Shown here: positions 26,009 to 29,054 of the stretch, piece after piece
Position numbering within the stretch: position 1 is the first letter of the stretch
Layout of the letters: the number at the start of each line of letters is the position of its first letter
IMG/VR virus record: IMGVR_UViG_3300033405_000062
Coordinates: 1 to 29,054 of that record
DNA: 29,054 bases
Reading direction: 5' to 3' (one strand)
From: a virus
Taxonomy: Duplodnaviria > Caudoviricetes
Made by a program: the position numbers and the translations under genes
Notes under the pieces: generated by a model
Seen by the model: the letters and a program-made list of their open reading frames with translations, nothing else
What the model was told of the DNA's origin: nothing
Databases searched by the model: none

Positions 26009-26058
26009 TGTTGAAAAACCTCCGAAAAACAAAAATAGGCCTATAATACTACTGGCCT

Positions 26059-26381
26059 TTATTCCATATTCTTGAGCGCGGCTTCCTTGCGACGTTTCGC
26101 GTCCTCATAAATCTTATTGAATGTGCCATGGTCTAGGATCACGCGCGCGGACTCGATAAAGTAGGCGATAAGTATAATTACCTCGACTAACGTCCATGAC
26201 CCGCCGCACCTATTGCATACGCAATAATCATTCGGATGACAGAGCTCGCAAGCGGGATCTCCTGCGGGATCATCTATCCAGAAATGGTCACTCCCCTCCC
26301 ACAGACCGGGCAGGCCCATTCGTCATCGGTGATAGGAAGCGGGATATGCTTCGCAGAGCATTCCATCCCGATACACGTCAT
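26059..26381 (-). pseudogene. Cys-rich zinc-ribbon-like protein apparently split by a frameshift near 26299
   Basis: One frame gives ...DEWACPVCG; the adjacent frame continues EGSDHFWIDD...CELC...CNRCG. Confidence 0.45.
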
Positions 26382-26475
26382 AACACGGCCGCATGGACCA
26401 GCCTCGATATCCCCTCGCCTTTCTCGTTCTGATCGCAGATTCTTGGTCGACCGCACTAAACAGCTCAATCGACAT
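26323..26475 (-). CDS. Possible 50-aa ORF (MSIELFSAVDQ...)
   Basis: GGGGA RBS just after the upstream stop; below the ORF-track cutoff; overlaps the zinc-ribbon start. Confidence 0.3.
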   Translation of the reverse strand: MSIELFSAVDQESAIRTRKARGYRGWSMRPCYDVYRDGMLCEAYPASYHR

Positions 26476-26483
26476 AAGTCCCC

Positions 26484-26876
26484 CTAGAAAGAAGTGGAGC
26501 CCTTAATTGTGACATATATTTCGGTTTTATACTCGGCTACCCATGGCCGTATTTCCGTTCCAGATTCTATCCCATGGTCGCATTCATGACGTAGCCCAAC
26601 CTCAAAATTATCAAACACAAGTGCCGCTTTCGCAATATAGACGGCCTCGTATGGATCAAAGGTGAACTGCACTGCGGTATCGGGATATTCATATGTTTTT
26701 ACGCCAGCCGCTAGCTCGACATACTTCCACAGTGTTGCCTTTAAGCTAAGATCCGTAAAAAAGGAATTATCAGGAGCAGCATACGAAACTTCATTTATGC
26801 CCTTAGTAACCCCAACCCCATATTCGGGGACCATGCCAGCCGAAAGGGCCCATGAAAGAACCAGCCAGTTTAGCAT
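26484..26876 (-). CDS. Secreted protein, possibly a small outer-membrane beta-barrel, 130 aa
   Basis: Hydrophobic signal-like N-terminus, alternating aromatic/hydrophobic strands, terminal Phe. Confidence 0.55.
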   Translation of the reverse strand: MLNWLVLSWALSAGMVPEYGVGVTKGINEVSYAAPDNSFFTDLSLKATLWKYVELAAGVKTYEYPDTAVQFTFDPYEAVYIAKAALVFDNFEVGLRHECDHGIESGTEIRPWVAEYKTEIYVTIKGSTSF

Positions 26877-26891
26877 TTCGATTCCCTTTCC

Positions 26892-27113
26892 TTATGCCGC
26901 ATACTTATTCGTTTTTTGAATGAGCGACAATATTTCGCTAATGTCCTCATAGCGAGATACCCGACAGATAGTTCCTATGCAAAACATAACGAATTGTTGC
27001 CATGACCATCCCATACCTAAATGTCGCGTTTTCCACTCGCTAATGCCTGTCGGACTCTTCAAATAATCAGTTGTCCTATTGGCATATTCACCATATATCG
27101 ATGTAGTGTTCAT
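26892..27113 (-). CDS. Hypothetical protein, 73 aa
   Basis: Co-oriented, AT-rich ORF. Confidence 0.45.
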   Translation of the reverse strand: MNTTSIYGEYANRTTDYLKSPTGISEWKTRHLGMGWSWQQFVMFCIGTICRVSRYEDISEILSLIQKTNKYAA

Positions 27114-27336
27114 TCCCCGGAATCCGACGAAACTTGCGCGGTGTGTCGCGATTGCGAAGCTGAGGCAAAATGACGACGGGGATACTAGCCTGAGCCTCGG
27201 CCTTCTCGGCTTTATTTTTGTCGATGAAAAGCTGAAACTGAGCCAACGCCGAGCCTAGGTCTTTTGCCTTGGTCCACTCGTTATTGATAGACGCATACCA
27301 CTCCCTGTGTTCGCGTTTTAGTCCCAAGTAAATCAT
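27088..27336 (-). CDS. Hypothetical protein, ~82 aa
   Basis: First ORF after palindrome copy 7 and its TTGACA; start uncertain (27336 or 27363). Confidence 0.5.
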   Translation of the reverse strand: MIYLGLKREHREWYASINNEWTKAKDLGSALAQFQLFIDKNKAEKAEAQASIPVVILPQLRNRDTPRKFRRIPGNEHYIDIW

Positions 27337-27407
27337 GCAGCGCCCTAGTCCCCGCACGTCCATGCGAGCACGTTATTTTTGTACACCTGTAGCCCAGTTT
27401 ATGTCAA

Positions 27408-27425
27408 CCGCTAAACGTTTAGACA
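27408..27425. repeat. 18-bp quasi-palindrome copy 7 (CCGCTAAACGTTTAGACA), abutting a minus-strand TTGACA (27402-27407)
   Basis: Shares the invariant CGTTTAGACA; core CTAAACGTTTAG is perfectly palindromic. Confidence 0.8.
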
Positions 27426-27445
27426 AGAGTTTAGTTCCACAGGGG

Positions 27446-27475
27446 AAATAAAAAGGCGCCCTGGCTAGGGGCGCC
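27446..27475 (-). terminator. Rho-independent terminator
   Basis: GGCGCCC-CTAGCCA-GGGCGCC-TTTTTATTT on the minus strand. Confidence 0.7.
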
Positions 27476-27562
27476 CGCCCGCGACAGGCTAGGGAACTAG
27501 GGGAAACACACGCGACGAGAAGAAGGTATGCCAGCTCGGATAAATAGTATTTCGGGCAATTA

Positions 27563-27661
27563 TTATTTGCAAGCGTATTCGGCGATCAAAGCCTCTGGGG
27601 CAATCCTACGGGCAAACGTCGATTCCCCAGAACCGGGCATACCTCGAATAATAGTAATCAC
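27563..27661 (-). pseudogene. Remnant of a P-loop kinase/ATPase (AAA_33-like), 32 aa
   Basis: GTG-started ITIIRGMPGSGESTFARRIAP; Walker A Lys replaced by Glu; early stop. Confidence 0.6.
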
Positions 27662-27777
27662 TCTATGTCCTTCCCCGGCTCATATTCGGCCATTATCTTG
27701 CCGTAGTAGTAGCGCCATCAAAAATAGCAACGCTTCTCGTTTCGGATGGGTACGTCTATGAGGGCCTTCTCCTATAC

Positions 27778-27845
27778 TGTCACGTCGTACATAGTTCTGA
27801 CTGAATTTCGCTCGCTTTTCTGACTCTCGGTTTTTTTGACTTATG
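27778..27845 (+). mobile_element. Putative TGT-type transposon end
   Basis: Starts TGTCACG; TT(C/T)TGACT occurs at 27795, 27818 and 27834; marks the switch from phage-like to host-like genes. Confidence 0.35.
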
Positions 27846-27939
27846 GGGAAGGAGACACCCTATCAGATTCTGAAAGGGGAAGTCACGCTGAGGGTGGGAG
27901 TGTCGGCATAAAAGGGTGCACTGATGTCTTGGGTCCGGT

Positions 27940-28524
27940 TTAGCGTAGACCCAAGATTTCATAGGCCGACATCGTGAAGAGGTCGACAATCAGCCGCTTG
28001 ACCTCTTCGGTCAGCTTTGCGTCCAGCCCCTCATGGATCAGGCGCAGGACGAGCCCTGTCAGGCCCGAGGCCAGGTAATCGATGTAAAGGGAATACCTGC
28101 GCTCCGGGCAATGGTAGTCCAGCTTTGAGATGCGCTCGTTGACGATCGCGGCCAGGGAATCCTTGAGCAGCTGGCCAAAGCGTCCCGAATAGCGGCTGGC
28201 CCCTACCCACTTGATGGTGGCCATGTGGGCGCTCAGGGTCAAAACGAAGCTTCCGATATTGGCCAGCCCCTGTTCCCTGAGGGCGGGGTCAGCCACAGGC
28301 TCCATCATCGAGTCCGCCGCCTCCGCGAGAATGGACGTCACCGCGGCGTCGACTACCTCTGCGATGCTCTTGAAGTGAGCATAGAAGGTTACGCGGTTGA
28401 TATCCGCCGCCTCGGCCAAGCTGGATATGGTCAGGTCGTCGAGCGAGCCGCTTCGTGACATTGCCTCCAGCGCGCTGAGGATTGCCTTCCTAGTGCGCGC
28501 CTGTCTCCGGTCTATACCCAACAA
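27940..28524 (-). CDS. TetR/AcrR family transcriptional regulator, 194 aa
   Basis: DRRQARTRKAILSA...LTISSLAEAADINRVTFYAHF HTH; GGGAGG RBS. Confidence 0.92.
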   Translation of the reverse strand: MLGIDRRQARTRKAILSALEAMSRSGSLDDLTISSLAEAADINRVTFYAHFKSIAEVVDAAVTSILAEAADSMMEPVADPALREQGLANIGSFVLTLSAHMATIKWVGASRYSGRFGQLLKDSLAAIVNERISKLDYHCPERRYSLYIDYLASGLTGLVLRLIHEGLDAKLTEEVKRLIVDLFTMSAYEILGLR

Positions 28525-28648
28525 TTCCTCCCGTATTGTCGTCTATGCGACAGTTTGATGATGTGTTTTCAAGAATAACCGACAAACGTCTTGATTGCAA
28601 CAAATGATTTATATAATACAAGTGTAGTCGTCAAGCAGGAGAACGAAC

Positions 28649-28927
28649 ATGGCAAAGAATGAAGGACGGGGCACGACGAGGCGCTTCTTTTTCAGGGACC
28701 AGGAAATGAACTTTACGATGTATCGAGCTCTCATGGCCAGCTACGCAGGAGGAGCCGCGATCGGAGAATGCCTCTCCGTCGCCGAGTCCGTGAATAACGG
28801 AGATGCTCGGGGCTATGGCAAAGCCTGGATGGCTCTTGGCGAGCGCCTGGCCGCGAAGGGAGACGCAAGCCTGTCCGCCGGGGACAGGCTGCGCGCCCGA
28901 GAGTTCTTTCTCCGGGCAAGCAACTAC
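28649..28927 (+). pseudogene. N-terminal part of an alpha/beta hydrolase (FrsA/DHPON-hydrolase-like), interrupted after ...FLRASNY
   Basis: GGAAIGECL and AREFFLRASNY motifs; no catalytic domain; divergent from TetR; AGGAG RBS. Confidence 0.7.
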
Positions 28928-29054
28928 GGGGCTTCGGACTTTTGTGTGGGTGGGCTGAAAAAAAGCAAGGATTCTGTCAAAATCCTGAGATATGCAGGAT
29001 AAAGAACTCTATCAGAAGCTTCTCGGACTTAGGAGTCCGTGGTTAGTAAGCGAT
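28928..29054. mobile_element. Probable IS/transposon terminus interrupting the hydrolase
   Basis: Abrupt GGGGCTTCGGACTTTTGTG start exactly where the hydrolase motif breaks; segment is 127 bp to the window end. Confidence 0.5.

Larger units (their letters stand above)
126..27777 (-). mobile_element. Fragment of a large tailed phage/prophage: head module plus upstream accessory/regulatory region
   Basis: Co-oriented portal, head morphogenesis, protease, major capsid, neck-like and antirepressor genes plus a tRNA. No integrase, terminase or tail genes in the window. Boundaries are approximate. Confidence 0.92.

Noticed and set aside
27658-27777. Stop-codon recoding suggested by a TGA-interrupted frame (EKALIDV...CYF*WRYYYG...)
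   Set aside because: TGA, TAG and TAA all terminate well-supported genes elsewhere in the window; local decay is simpler.

Overview
Nearly the whole window (~126-27777) is a fragment of a large tailed phage or prophage (possibly a phage-plasmid), encoded almost entirely on the minus strand. In transcription order it carries: an accessory/regulatory region (small ORFs, two antirepressor-family genes, a GIY-YIG/T5orf172 protein, a tRNA-Gln(TTG) and a solitary type I-C CRISPR repeat); then portal, a small protein, a gpF/gp7-like head morphogenesis protein, a 2009-aa DarB-like methyltransferase-SNF2 helicase, a hypothetical protein, an InPase-domain protein, a ~1665-aa SNF2 protein, prohead protease/scaffold, a Herelleviridae-type major capsid protein and a neck-like gene. 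At the right end a TetR gene and a truncated alpha/beta hydrolase follow a TGT-type putative transposon end. Both window edges look like ~125-127 bp of IS terminus. The most notable signals are: (1) a ~14-kb cassette of probable head-packaged enzymes sharing hydrophobic-x-K-[S/A] leader motifs; (2) a 26-aa copy of the capsid N-terminal arm inside the protease; (3) seven co-oriented copies of an 18-bp parS/operator-like quasi-palindrome, several inside genes; (4) the solitary I-C repeat with a short spacer and hairpin (Racr/crRNA-like candidate); (5) a bipartite 43-bp direct repeat that duplicates the tRNA 5' end next to the antirepressor RBS. All functional calls come from motif recognition by eye; no searches were run.
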